In this document: positions 12,151-24,419 of the stretch, in pieces
Layout: the number at the start of each line of letters is the position of its first letter
Numbering within the stretch: position 1 is the first letter of the stretch
From: Octopus bimaculoides
Taxonomy: Eukaryota
DNA: 64,000 nt
NCBI RefSeq assembly: GCF_001194135.2
Contig: NC_068982.1
Span: forward strand, 149,004,360-149,068,359
Direction of reading: 5' to 3'
Program-made: the position numbers and the translations under genes
The notes under the pieces: model-generated
What the model was told of the DNA's origin: nothing
Seen by the model: the letters and a program-made list of their open reading frames with translations, nothing else
The model's database searches: none

Positions 12151-12495
12151 ACCCTGCTAATATGTCTCAGTGGGGACAAAATCAAACAAATGGTTAATTT
12201 ATTCGATTTATTCATTGAACTCACATATGCAGAAAAAATAAAATTTGTCTTTATTTTTGGTAAAATTGTTTGTTTTTTCAGTGGTGAGAAATGGAAGAAG
12301 AAAGTGAAAAGTAATAAAAGTAGTAACAGATTTACTAAAGTCTTCAGTTGGTAGATTTACTTCTGCTATAAACATATTTTATTTTATTGACTGCTGTTCC
12401 TTCTACCACAGAAAGCTAATTATTTTGCCAAAACTTTAGTCAGTAAAACAGTAAATTCTGCTGTTTGCAAAGTAAATATATTATTTTCCACTGAA

Positions 12496-12715
12496 CCCAT
12501 TAGCATTCAGATGACTCAATCAAACGTAATGTTTATTTATCCACATTGTTTTGAATTAATCATGAATAATCTCATAGCTTTGAGATTTTGATGATGTGAT
12601 TGCTTATTTTAAGAATTGTATTGTAGGGTAGGTGTGAGAGGCTGGATTTGGCTAGCTTTAACATAAGACAGGTAGAATATTTGAACCGGATATGGCCAGT
12701 TTAAATGCTAAAGAG
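12496..12715. mobile_element. piggyBac-type MITE
   Basis: Termini CCCATTAGCATT / AATGCTAAAGAG with flanks TGAA / TTAA. Confidence 0.55.
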
Positions 12716-13168
12716 TTAAATATTTATGGAAATACAACAACTGTGAATTTTAAAAAGAATTCATGAAGACATTGTTCATTGTGATTGAAAATAATTCAGT
12801 GAAACTTATCATTTGCTACTATATTTTTTATGCATAAAGAAGTCTTGGCTAAGATATTTCACTGAAATGTCATGTTAATATGGCGGACAAAATTATAATT
12901 CAAAAATTTCTCTTTGACATTCAACATCTGCCACAAATATTACTATTATACACACACATATTCAAAAATATGAGAGTTTTTATGCAGTTACCTAACCTCT
13001 TAGAAATAGTAGCCAGGTTTCAATAATCCAGAAAGACACAGTGTAATGATGAAAACAGAACCTTGGTTTTATAAAGACCAAATTTATTGAGTACATTGAA
13101 TAGGTATACATACATACATACATACATACATACATGTATACATATGTGGGTGTTAGATATATACATGC

Positions 13169-13203
<35 letters not shown>

Positions 13204-13223
13204 CAGATACAGGTATATAGACA

Positions 13224-13392
13224 TATGGCATTAGGAAGGGCATCCATCTGTAAAAACCATGCCAAGACAGACAGTGTGGCAGCTTTGGTGCAATCCCCTT
13301 GGCTTGCCAACTCTTGACAAACTTTCCAACCCATGCTAGCATGGAAAGCAGATGTTAGATGATGATGATGATGATGGTGATGATGGTGGTGG

Positions 13393-13428
<36 letters not shown>

Positions 13429-13430
13429 GA
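13224..13430 (+). mobile_element. SINE family C fragment with long (GAT)n tail
   Basis: GGCATTAGGAAGGGCATCC...AACCCATGCTAGCATGGAAAGCAGATG; preceded by (TACA)n and (GATA)n. Confidence 0.75.
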
Positions 13431-14600
13431 CATATATATAAGAATAATGCAATAAAATAATAACAGAAAAAAGTCATTGTTATCATATGCATCATACCAA
13501 AAAAATTTCTCTATTGTGTATATAATATTCATTAATTATAATTAGAAATATTTCAAACTTTAGAATAATGTAATGAGAAATTAATCAATATTCAGTTTGT
13601 TAAATTAAATGTTTGTAGTAAACATATTTTTTAAAACACTGATTTATGAAGTAAAAAAAAAATTAAAAACTACATCAATACCACATGCAACCATAACATG
13701 AAAGCAAAGAGTTTACTTATATTCCATGGTTTTTCTATTCCTCTCTATTACAACTACACTTTGATAATGCATACTTTATACAACAATAGAGGAATAATGA
13801 AATAACAGGAAAAATAATTTCCAACATGTAAAGATACCAAAAAAAAAAAGTTCTTTAGTGTGCATATATTATTTACTAATTATATTATAAAATATTTCAA
13901 GTTTTGGAATAATATAATAAGAAAATAATTAATATTCGGTTTGTTAAATTAAATGTTTGTAGAAAATATTTTTCATCACCAATTTACTATTTATTAGATG
14001 ATAAAAGTATAAACAATATCAACATTATCTGCGATCACAACATGCAAGACAAAAAATTTACGAAGATTTCATAATTTTCCATCTCTCTCAATTGCAATTG
14101 CCTTTTGTTCAAGTATATTCAATGAATGTCCAAATATGAATGAACAAAGTAAAATATCATGCAGAGAAACAACAAGAACGAGGCAGCGAGCAAGGAGACA
14201 GTGAATGAATGAAACAGAAAGGGGAAAAAAAAAATCTAAGATAAGCAATCGTTATTTGGTGAAAACAAGCACGAGAGCAATTTTCTCATGAGCAGCAAGC
14301 ATGTATATTCGTTCCAAAATAGTGCATGAGAACAACTTCCTCATGAACAGCATGAATGCATGTTAAGAGAAGATGCTGAGCAACATATTCAAGCAGGAGT
14401 ACAACTTTCTCAAGAGAATATATATACAATTTTACACATTGCTGACACAGTACTTTATTTCAGCAATGTACAATACACTTGAAAAAAAAGATATTGATTC
14501 CTCATCATGGATTGGACAAGAATGTAAAGGCATTCTTTCTATATTAATGCTGTGAACAAAAATGTAAGTGGGAGAAGTCTCCTGCTGGACGAAGTTATAC

Positions 14601-14790
14601 CATCATCATCATCATCATTGCTTAATGTCAGCTTTCCATGCTGGCATGGGTTGGACGGTTTGACTGAGGACTGGCAAACCAGATGGCTACACCAGACTCC
14701 AATCTGATCTGACAAAGTTTCTACAGCTGGATGCCCTTCCTAATGCCAACCACTCCGAGAGTGTAGTGGGTGCTTTTTACATGCCACCAG
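14601..14790 (-). mobile_element. SINE family C
   Basis: (CAT)n then TTTCCATGCTGGCATGGGTTGGACGG...GATGCCCTTCCTAATGCCAACCACTCCGAGAG. Confidence 0.85.
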
Positions 14791-15020
14791 CCCTGCTACC
14801 AAGCCTTAAGAAGAGTTAAAAAGAGAGACAAACAGAAAAAAGGAAAATGTTCCTTGTATTTGAAAACTATGGAAATATTTTAAAAAAACATTTCATTTAA
14901 TTTTTCCACAACTTAATTCTTTTTCATGCTTTACTGAAAAAGGTGCAAAGACTGAAACTGGTATTAAAATGTTCTTCATGATAAAATTATTTTAGCATTT
15001 TCTACCCTGTCTTCTTTTCC

Positions 15021-15203
15021 NNNNNNNNNNNNNNNNNNNNNNNNNNNNNNNNNNNNNNNNNNNNNNNNNNNNNNNNNNNNNNNNNNNNNNNNNNNNNNNN
15101 NNNNNNNNNNNNNNNNNNNNNNNNNNNNNNNNNNNNNNNNNNNNNNNNNNNNNNNNNNNNNNNNNNNNNNNNNNNNNNNNNNNNNNNNNNNNNNNNNNNN
15201 NNN
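15021..15203. other. Assembly gap (one of many N runs, mostly next to microsatellites)
   Basis: N runs, e.g. 4165-4223, 16814-17043, 23204-23323, 34309-34399, 35274-35405, 37947-38002, 55546-55596. Confidence 0.99.
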
Positions 15204-15257
15204 ATATATATATATATAAATGAATGAATAACAACAGATGGGTGATGTGTCAAGTCA

Positions 15258-15545
15258 CAATAGCTCTTTCCAACGAATTTTTAATTGATTAATGGAAACA
15301 TTACATCATTAGAAAAAACATTTCCACCAGGTGAATACACGACCCACAATATTCAAAAACATTCTAATTCCAATGAGTTGTGCATCCTCATGATTCTATG
15401 ACTAGTTGGATTTTGAACGTTTTTGAATGTTGTGGGTCATATAGTCACCTGATGAAAACAGTTTTTCCTAATGATGTAATGTCTCTATTACAAATTTGTT
15501 GGAGACACCTATAGTGAATTGACAAATCATGTCTATTGTTATTTA
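15258..15545. repeat. Long inverted repeat (foldback/MITE-like)
   Basis: Arms of about 120 bp (e.g. ACATTACATCATTAG..CAGGTGA..GACCCACAA.ATTCAAAAAC and its reverse complement) around a spacer of about 30 bp. Confidence 0.75.
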
Positions 15546-15821
15546 TTAATTTATTATTCACCTCTCTTGGAACCTGCTCCTAGAATAGATCCAAAGTCTA
15601 TTATGGACCATACATTTATTGCAATGTGTGTTTCTTGATTAGTTCAGGACTATTGATATACTCAGTCAGGTACAGTTATTCGTATACATAACTTGAATAT
15701 CTTTCAGCCTGTACTTTTGGTACCCACGTATATATTCATCCATTTTTGTTGTGTACACATTTTACTTTTCAACCTGACTTGGTGCCTTACCATTTAAGTG
15801 CCTGACTCACTTGAATCTTGA

Positions 15822-15872
<51 letters not shown>

Positions 15873-15876
<4 letters not shown>

Positions 15877-16311
15877 AAAATATGTGACACTTATTCAGTA
15901 GCCATGATAAAACTCCAAGTTTCAGATGCCAGGGTGGGGGGTCCACACCAACATCTCTTCAGTTATCCAGCCATTTGACAAAACGCATCTAGAACTGCGT
16001 ATATTATCGCATGCATGCATATATCCATACACACACGCACATATCTCAATATACGCATGCATATATATACATACGCACGCATCCACGTGCACACCCGGAA
16101 ATGCACACATATAAAGTTCCTTGTATGTGTCTATAAGTGTCCGAAAAACGTTTGGAGAAGAGAAAACAGAAAACTATATGTGGAAAAATACAAAAAAACA
16201 CATTAACCCTATAACTATGTAAAAAACATAAAAATAATTAAAAAATATAATAATATAAAAATATAAAATCCAGGTAAAAAGGTGAAAAAAACTTTGTCAC
16301 ATATTTTTACA
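15873..16311. mobile_element. Non-autonomous element with 17-bp TIRs
   Basis: TGTAAAAATATGTGACA (15873-15889) and its perfect reverse complement TGTCACATATTTTTACA (16295-16311). Confidence 0.55.
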
Positions 16312-16379
16312 GATAAATTCCTCTATTTGCATAATATCGAGGTCTCTTTCTTTCTTTTGTTGCCATTCCTGTCAAATAT

Positions 16380-16620
16380 ATATACATATATACCATTTCG
16401 AGCGTGGCCGTTTTCGTGCGGGTGACACGTAAAAGCACCCACTACACTCTCTGAGTGGTTGGCGTTAGGAAGGGCATCCAGCTGTAGAAACTCTGCCAAA
16501 TCAGACTGGAGCCTGGTGTTGCCATCCGGTTTCACCAGTCCTCAGTCAAATCGTCCAACCCATGCTAGCATGGAAAGCGGACGTTAAACGATGATGATGA
16601 TGATGATGATGATGATGATA
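16380..16620 (+). mobile_element. SINE family C, young copy
   Basis: CACGTAAAAGCACCCACTACACTCTCTGAGTGG...GCGGACGTTAAACG(ATG)n, CpGs retained. Confidence 0.9.
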
Positions 16621-16767
16621 TATATATCGAGAGTATGAGAGGTATTGGTGTCAAGAAGACCCAAAGGTGTCAGATAATGCTGAGTAAGTGCTTTGGACAG
16701 ACTATAGTTAAGCTCCAGGTTCGATGATGATACGAATGAGAAGTCCAGCGTAGGTCATATATTAGCA

Positions 16768-16813
<46 letters not shown>

Positions 16814-17191
16814 NNNNNNNNNNNNNNNNNNNNNNNNNNNNNNNNNNNNNNNNNNNNNNNNNNNNNNNNNNNNNNNNNNNNNNNNNNNNNNNNNNNNNNN
16901 NNNNNNNNNNNNNNNNNNNNNNNNNNNNNNNNNNNNNNNNNNNNNNNNNNNNNNNNNNNNNNNNNNNNNNNNNNNNNNNNNNNNNNNNNNNNNNNNNNNN
17001 NNNNNNNNNNNNNNNNNNNNNNNNNNNNNNNNNNNNNNNNNNNATATAAATGTTCTGAAAACTTTCGCAAGCTTGGATTTTTTATCTCATTCTGTTAATT
17101 TGTGTGTGTGTGTTTGTGTGTGCATGCAGGCGTGTGTGTGTTTGTGTGTGCATGCAGGCGTGTGTGTGTGTACAGACAGACAGACAGACAA

Positions 17192-17248
<57 letters not shown>

Positions 17249-18043
17249 AATACGTACATGTTCATGGCTGGAACATCTTTGATTATATGTGTGCATGGTC
17301 AAAGTTGAACTGGATCGAAACATGAACAGCAATTCTCAATGAGTAGAAATGTTAAATCAACTGTGACAGAATTTGAAATCTGAATGAATAGTGATGAAAA
17401 TGAATACCATTAGGTGTCTTGAGTAAAACCCTACCTTTTCTATCACTGCATTATTTTAATACAATTTACCCACTAGCTGCTCTTAATTAAAGCTCAGTCA
17501 CTATGTATTGTGCGATATTGAACTTCCAATAATGATGTAAGCATTTCCATTTAAAAGAAAGCAATCTGGCATGACTTTTTGGTTTTCTTCTTAATAAGAA
17601 TCAGAAGTGAGAAATTACTTGTGAAAACAACCTGCATACATAGATCACTGAACAAATGTTTGGTAAAGTAAAGCACAGTAGCGTTAAATTGGAAAAGGCA
17701 TTGTCGCATAGATATATTTGGTTTCTAGTGGGTATTGCTAGGCTGCAGGTTACACTGTCAGAGCCATTATTATTGAAGTGAAAGATATCAATTATTTTTT
17801 GTTTTGTAAAATAAATATGTGGTGATTTTGTTGATATATATGGCAAAGGGAATTTGTCTTAATCTATAAAACAGATAGATAAACTTAACCTTTACTTTTA
17901 AGACTGAAAGAGAAAGGAAGAGCCTACTTCATGTTTTATATTAGCATGATCATACTTGATAATGCAGTAAAAAAAAATAACTTCATGATTTGAATTTGAA
18001 TTTGAATTTTTGCTTTATATTTACATCTATCATTTTATATGTA

Positions 18044-18932
18044 CAGGGTGTTGTGAATAAACTGTGGTCTAAATTACGCAAAAATGAAAATAACACAGAT
18101 ATCTCATTTTAACAGATATATTTACCAAAATTAGATTAAAATACCTTGAAATACTAAAGAGTAAATTTATTCAATAAAATCGCCATTGGCTTCAACCACG
18201 GCCTCTAGACAACTTCAGAATCTTCTGCAATTTTTCTGTATGATCTCCTTGTTTAAGTTGGTCACTATTGCCATAATCCTTGCCTTCAATTCATCTTTGA
18301 TGTTACAAGGAGTTTTGTTGGTCTCTCACTCAACTGCACCCCACACATAACAATCAAGAGGGTTGTAGTCTGGAGAGTTAGGTGGCCAAATGTTAGGAAT
18401 GATATGCTCACAGAAATTGTCTGACAGCCATAACTGGGTTCTCCTGCTTGTGTGTCATGGTACAGAGTCCTGTTGCCAGATGTAGGGTCTTCCAGCAGCC
18501 ACCCTCTTGGCCCAGGGCAGGACTACTTCCTCTAGGTACTTGATGTAGGCCTCCGTGTTGAGTCTGAGGCTGTGTGAGAAGATGAATAGAGGCATAACGT
18601 CACCATCACTAGTGATTACTCCAAACATCTTGATGTTGATTGGATGTTTAACTTTTATCACTCTCAGTACATGTTCTGGGGACATGGCAAGCCAACGGTT
18701 GTTCTATGCATTCACCAGCTTTTCGTATTGGAGCTTCCAGCACAAATGCCAAATAGTACAGCATGTTGTTTCCAAATTTTGGGCAGAGTGAATTGCGTCA
18801 TGGTTCTGTTTTCATCACAGACAGTGCCCAACTGACCTTACTATACTGTGAAGAAGAAAAAATCAAAAACAAACAATGCGCATGCATGAAATTAAAAATA
18901 GAAAATGGTGACAACTTACCCATTGCACCCTG
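18044..18932 (-). mobile_element. Non-autonomous DD37D/maT mariner, both ends present
   Basis: CAGGGTG...CACCCTG imperfect TIRs, TA on both sides; ORF 18455-18685 KHPINIKMFGVITSDGDVMP...WQQDS. Confidence 0.9.
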
Positions 18933-19019
18933 TATATATATAGATATATATGTATATATATATACATATTTGGAGAGAAGATTTTTTTCTCAAAGAGTTA
19001 AAATTGAGAAAAGAATCTT

Positions 19020-19185
19020 TATGGCCTCAGACTCAAAACGGAGGCCTACATCAAGTGCCTGGAGGAGGTAGTCCTACCCTGAGTCAAGAGGGTGGCTGCT
19101 GGAAGACCCTATGTCTGGCAACAGGATTCTGCACCATGACACACAAGCAGGAAAACCCAGTCATGGGTGTCAGGCAATTTCTGAC
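19020..19185 (+). mobile_element. maT internal fragment, inverted relative to the adjacent copy
   Basis: GGCCTCAGACTCAA..GGAGGCCTACATCAAG...GCAACAGGATTCTGCACCATGACACACAAGCAGG is the reverse complement of about 18420-18580. Confidence 0.85.
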
Positions 19186-19269
19186 ACAGATGCCATTTGC
19201 ATGACGCCGGTTTTTGCCACAAATACAATTTTGCTCGGCTTGATAAGTCTTCTTCTCAAGCATAATATA

Positions 19270-19395
19270 ATGCCAAGGGTCTCAGTCGTTGCCTCTGTAA
19301 GGCCCAACACTCGAAAGGAACTCAGCCACTTTGCCTCCATGAGGCCCAATGCTCGAAAGGAACTCAGCCACTTTGCCTCCGTATGACCCAACACT
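19270..19395. repeat. 42-bp minisatellite, about 2.5 units
   Basis: Unit AGGCCCAAYRCTCGAAAGGAACTCAGCCACTTTGCCTCCRTR. Confidence 0.8.
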
Positions 19396-19602
19396 CAATA
19401 TATATATATGTATATAAAAGCTGTTAATAGCACCCTGACTCTGAAGAAGTGGAAATTAACACTAAAATGCACACCAAGAAGCAAAATTTTGCAGTGTGCA
19501 TGGAATTGCAACAGAAACATATGTAGGCGGAGAAATGGAAAGACGTGATTGGCAGCAGAATAAAACTGGACATATAAATCTCTGTTCTCCTTATTATTAA
19601 TT

Positions 19603-19647
<45 letters not shown>

Positions 19648-19697
19648 CTGTGTGTGTGTGCAGCTGTGTGTGTGTGCAGCTGTGTGTGTGTGTGTGT

Positions 19698-19860
19698 GTG
19701 CAGCTGTGTGGTAAAGAGACTGCTTCCTAGCCACATGGCTTTAGGTCCAGTTCAACTATAGCCCTGACTAAATCCTTCTGAATGGATGTTAAAGATGGCA
19801 GCTGAAATAGATATATACACAGTTACACAGATATATATGTATGTGATAGCTGGATGAAGA
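19698..19860 (+). mobile_element. Degenerate SINE family A copy
   Basis: GCAGCTGTGTGGTAA...CCACATGG...CCAGTTC...TGGATG...GCTGAAA. Confidence 0.5.
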
Positions 19861-20509
19861 GAGACAGAGACAAAAAGAGAGAGAAGTACACTGGCATCTG
19901 GCTGGTACTTATCTTTAGATGAGTAGATTGGAGCAATGTGAAATATGCTGAAGAACATAATGCACAGGAATCGAGCCCAAAGTCTTAATGTCATGACCTA
20001 GACACTAAAACCATTAGGCCACATTCTTTCATAATAGCTTGCTAATTATTAACATGATGATACAAAATGACTATAATAATGTGCAAGCAGTGAGCACGAA
20101 CATATAGCTGCATTATAAAAATATATGGCAGTTAAGTAATATCCATCATCTTATTTATAATTAGTGCAACTGCATTGACAAATCATCCATAACGATAGAC
20201 ACAGGTATATAGAAAATAGCTATACTAGGATTTGCAAATATTGTTATCTATTGAATGAAATATATTATTGTACTCAAGAAAGTTGTTCATTATCTTAGCA
20301 TAACATTGAAGTAATTTGCTCCTGCTATGTCAATAATAATTATGCTATTGTTGTTTTGTCATGGAAAATTATATCAGCTTTATTGTATGCTGGTGGTCTG
20401 TCAGTATGTTAAATTACAATATAATTTCCATGTTGTGATTTCCAAAGACTGCTAGAGGTTCATATTGTAACTTTATAATATCATTGTATTTCCAATGTAT
20501 TGAGAAGAA

Positions 20510-20790
20510 GACCCATCGAGTCAAGTAAAATCACAGTCGTGGCAGATGCTGGTGTTACGCAAATGGCACCCATGGCAGTGGCACATAAAAGCACCCATTA
20601 CACTCTTGGAGTAGTTGGCATTAGGAAGGGCATCCAGCCATATAAACCATATCAAGTCAGACTGGAGTCTGGTGCAGCCTTCCAGCTTGCCAGCCCTGGT
20701 CAAACAGCCTAACCCATGCCAGCACGGACTGCAGACATAAAATGATGATGATGATGATGATGATGACGACGACGACGACGACGACGACGA
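20510..20790 (+). mobile_element. SINE family C
   Basis: AAAAGCACCCATTACACTCTTGGAG...AACCCATGCCAGCA then (GAT)n(GAC)n. Confidence 0.8.
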
Positions 20791-21139
20791 CGATGAAGAC
20801 GACAGGGGGGAGGGGCAGGGTGTGATATCTTGACAGAACATCATGTAGTGTTTCCAAGAAATCACAACACAGGTGATATTTGTCATCTATATTGTCAGAA
20901 CCATAACTATACTAATGTACAGACACTCACATGCTACATGTAAAGATAGACATAGCTATGTTACAGAAAACAGTAATATTAACATTTTTTAAGTAACACT
21001 AGAGCATTCTTATACAGTATTTGTTAACCTTCAACAATTTTAGGCATGTTTTCCAAAATTAGCCTAATTCTGTTTCAAGAAATGAAATTCTTGGTGCATT
21101 TCTTAAACCAATGAATAATAATAAAGGTAATAATAATAA

Positions 21140-21560
21140 TAATAGTTTCTACTTTTGGTGCAAATCCAGCAATTTTGAGGCTAGGGCATTTTGTTAATCA
21201 AACCAACCTTAGTGCTTGACTGCTAATTTATTTTATTGACACCACCCTCCCAGATGGATAAATGGCGAAGTTGACCTTGAACTCAAATGCAAAGACTCAG
21301 AACAAGACTCTTTTTTCAGATGCTCTAATGATTCTGCCAAGCCACTGCCCTCTTTAACCAGTTCCTAATTTAGGCACAAGGCCAGCAGCTTTTCAGTGGA
21401 GAGAGTTAATTGATATTATTGACTCTAGTACTTGACTAACTCCTTATTTAATCAACCCAAGAAGGATAAAGAACAATGCTGAACAGAGTAGGATTTGAAT
21501 TCAGAAAGGAAAGGGTCAGAACATTTCCGTTTGATATGCTAACACTTCTGCCAATCCACT
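21140..21560 (-). mobile_element. Two degenerate SINE family B copies
   Basis: Two reverse-complement cores beginning TTTTGGTGCAAATCCAGCAATTTT and TTTAGGCACAAGGCCAGCAGC. Confidence 0.6.
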
Positions 21561-21996
21561 ATATGATAATTTGATATCAAATATGAAATGGCGGACTGAT
21601 ATTTTTCTCTTTATGAACAAAAACAATTCTTATTTTCCACAGCCATCTCAATTGCAAATCCAGAGAGGAAAAAGTATCCAAAGTTCAAAAGATTATTGTA
21701 TCTCTGACTAGGCTAAGGTTACTGAATGCTAAATAACTGGGGATTTAATCATTATAAATTTTGTTTTCTTTTTAGCTAAAGCATATCATAAATATAAATT
21801 GTGATTTGTTAAAATTCTCAAAATTTTAATAAGTGACAGAATTAATGGTTATCAAAGTTGATTATTCTGACAGATCAGAGATGGTCTTCATTGCTAAAGT
21901 GATGAGTCAGGAAAATCTTTCACTTAAATGAAAAGTCCTTTATTTTGATGCATTAAACAACCAATGGAAAGACAGGAAGAACAGTGGGAGGGACAA

Positions 21997-22106
21997 CTAA
22001 GAAGGCCAGGAAAAGGAAAGTGGGTTGAAGAAATTCAGTTGCTTTTTCCTGAGTTGTCGACAGGCTTCTACAAGCCAGTAAGGAAGTATTTTCATAATAG
22101 CTTGGC
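21997..22106 (-). CDS. Low-confidence candidate exon
   Basis: Strong acceptor ggtttttactttttgcag; open as GQAIMKILPYWLVEACRQLRKKQ...WPS* (or an alternative frame to 21953). No homology recognised. Confidence 0.18.
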
Positions 22107-23855
22107 CTGCAAAAAGTAAAAACCAAATCACCCACACATCATATCTTGTTGTCTTAAAAAAATGGAATGACACATAGTATAATGTAGTTCCAGATTCAGT
22201 ATGCTTGGATGTAACCAGGACTACTTTGTCTATTGTGTCCTTCCTATTTTGAATGACAGGATATAATCTGAGGAAGATTTGGCTGTTGTTTCTTGAACGG
22301 TTCAGTAGCCTTGTTAAAAATTCCTCGTTGGCATTGCTACTGCTTCTGACTTCATTCATGTTTGTGCATTATTGCTATTATTTGTTGAATTTTTATTGCC
22401 ATTGTTTTTGATATACCTATTGGAATTTGGCTGTTGTTATTGTTATTGCAACTGTTTAACCCCAGGTCAAGCTTTTTTGAGTAAACTTATGATCAAAGAT
22501 ACTTCATCCATGACCATCTTATCACTTTTCAGGCTTTGTGTATTTTGGCCTTTATTATACAATATGTCCTGTTTTTGAAAATACTAGGTTGTTAGGTGAA
22601 TGCTCATTTACTGCTGTTCTTGTTTTTCTTGTCTACACTCAAATCAGCTATGATTAAGTACAATTGCCATTCCACCCATGACCATTCCATACTTTTCTCA
22701 GGCATTGTCTATCTAGAATTACTTCATTCAACATGTTCTTTCATTTTCAAATCAGAAGGGTGTAATTTAATAGTGATTTGACTGCTATTCCTAGCAAGGC
22801 AAGCAACCATGTAGCTGCTCACCCATTTGCTTGTAGTGTTGTTGTTGATAGAAGTAGTGGTGGTAGTGATGTTCTTATTGTCAGTATTGCTGTTTATACT
22901 ACCTGTGTTGTTGTTGTTGTTGTTGTTGGAAAGGCATCGCTCTTACTTAAGTTCAATACCTGAATACATGCCAATACCTCAACCATATTATTCTAAGAGA
23001 ATTCCTAATCAAAGTGTCATGTTTCCCTGACGATTCCAAACGGTGAAAAACTTTAAGTGATTTTTGGATCACATCCATTTCCAAACTAGTTTGGTAAGGT
23101 GGGTGCGTGATATGGCAAGAGAACAAGAAACAAGAAAAGAAGAAAATGAACATGAAATAGAGAGTTAGAATAATAACAGTCTTGGTGGTGGTGGTGGTGG
23201 TGGNNNNNNNNNNNNNNNNNNNNNNNNNNNNNNNNNNNNNNNNNNNNNNNNNNNNNNNNNNNNNNNNNNNNNNNNNNNNNNNNNNNNNNNNNNNNNNNNN
23301 NNNNNNNNNNNNNNNNNNNNNNNGGTGGCGGTGGTGATGGTGGTGGTAGTGGTGGTGGTGGTCGTCGTGGCGGCGGCGGCGGCAGTGGCGGAGGTGGTGA
23401 CGACAAAGGTTTAGATGATGGACATTCTCCTCAACCCCTCTCATTCCGCTGCTGTTAGTTATATTGCTTCTATTAATGAAAGCGCTAGCATCAATGGAGT
23501 CACAACCATTGTCAATGATGTGAGACATTAGGGATGGTGGAAAATAACATCGTGGTACAATCAGTGTGTGATAAGGGTGACCATGGGGATAGTAATTATG
23601 GTTTTATTGAAAGAGCAGGCTAGCAGGATTAGTTGAGTATTAGACCAAAAGAATTAAGCGAGTTAATTGTTGTCTCCCTCAACCTTTTTAGGTCTAATCT
23701 TAAATGGATGAAAAGTAATATTGTTCCATAATTCCAAGAATTGATATGTATAAAATAAAATGTACCAGTAATACATTGGTATTAAGTTCACTGATTTACA
23801 CACTGATTTTTCAATTAAATTCAATTTTGGCTATTTAATCAAAGAAATGTGAAGG

Positions 23856-24200
23856 CACATGGTCAAGCAGTTAGGGTGTTACACTCAGAATCAGAAGATT
23901 GTGGTTTCAATTCTGGTAGTGCCTTGTGATCTTCAGCAAAACATTGCATTTCATATTGCTCCAGTCTTTTCAGCTATATATGAATAACTCTGCAATGAAC
24001 TGTATCCCATCCAGGGGTAATGTTGAGATTTCGATCACTTGTATACTATAGAAACTGAATAACTGGCCCTATGAGTCCCAAGACTCAAGAGAGTAATGTC
24101 CAGGGACTCAGTCCAAAAAGTGAAGAGTCTATACAGGCACTTGACCTGTTAGAAAGATCAGCCAATCTTCCTCATATCACACTAACTGTATTAAAGAAGG
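23856..24200 (+). mobile_element. SINE family D (tRNA-like head, core resembling the V-type domain)
   Basis: Head GGCACATGGTCAAGCAGTTAGGGTGTT...GGTTTCAATTC; core TGCAATGAACTGTATCCCATCCAGGGG. Superfamily resemblance is from memory only. Confidence 0.5.
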
Positions 24201-24419
24201 ATGGCAATACAATATACAAGTTTTACTCATCATATGTATTTTACAGCATTTTAAGTCTGCATTTTGTTAAATTATCAAAATTGTTCATTGCCTCTCAGTA
24301 TGATGAATACTGGATTATTGATAAAATATTTAAGCTTGTTTTACAATACCCCCATTCTATAAAAGGGACAGTGAATCCTTAAACCTGTAAGATATGACTA
24401 AAAGTGTTGTTTATATGAC

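Noticed and set aside
13020-13532. 170-aa poly-His ORF and similar poly-H/P/I/L/D/S ORFs (22953-23528, 23086-23406, 29634-29951, 41753-42067, 42177-42429, 47063-47287)
   Set aside because: Translations of trinucleotide microsatellites, SINE tails and N runs.
24071-24382. 103-aa ORF MSPKTQESNVQG...
   Set aside because: Its start lies in the SINE D tail and the rest is low-complexity AT-rich sequence.
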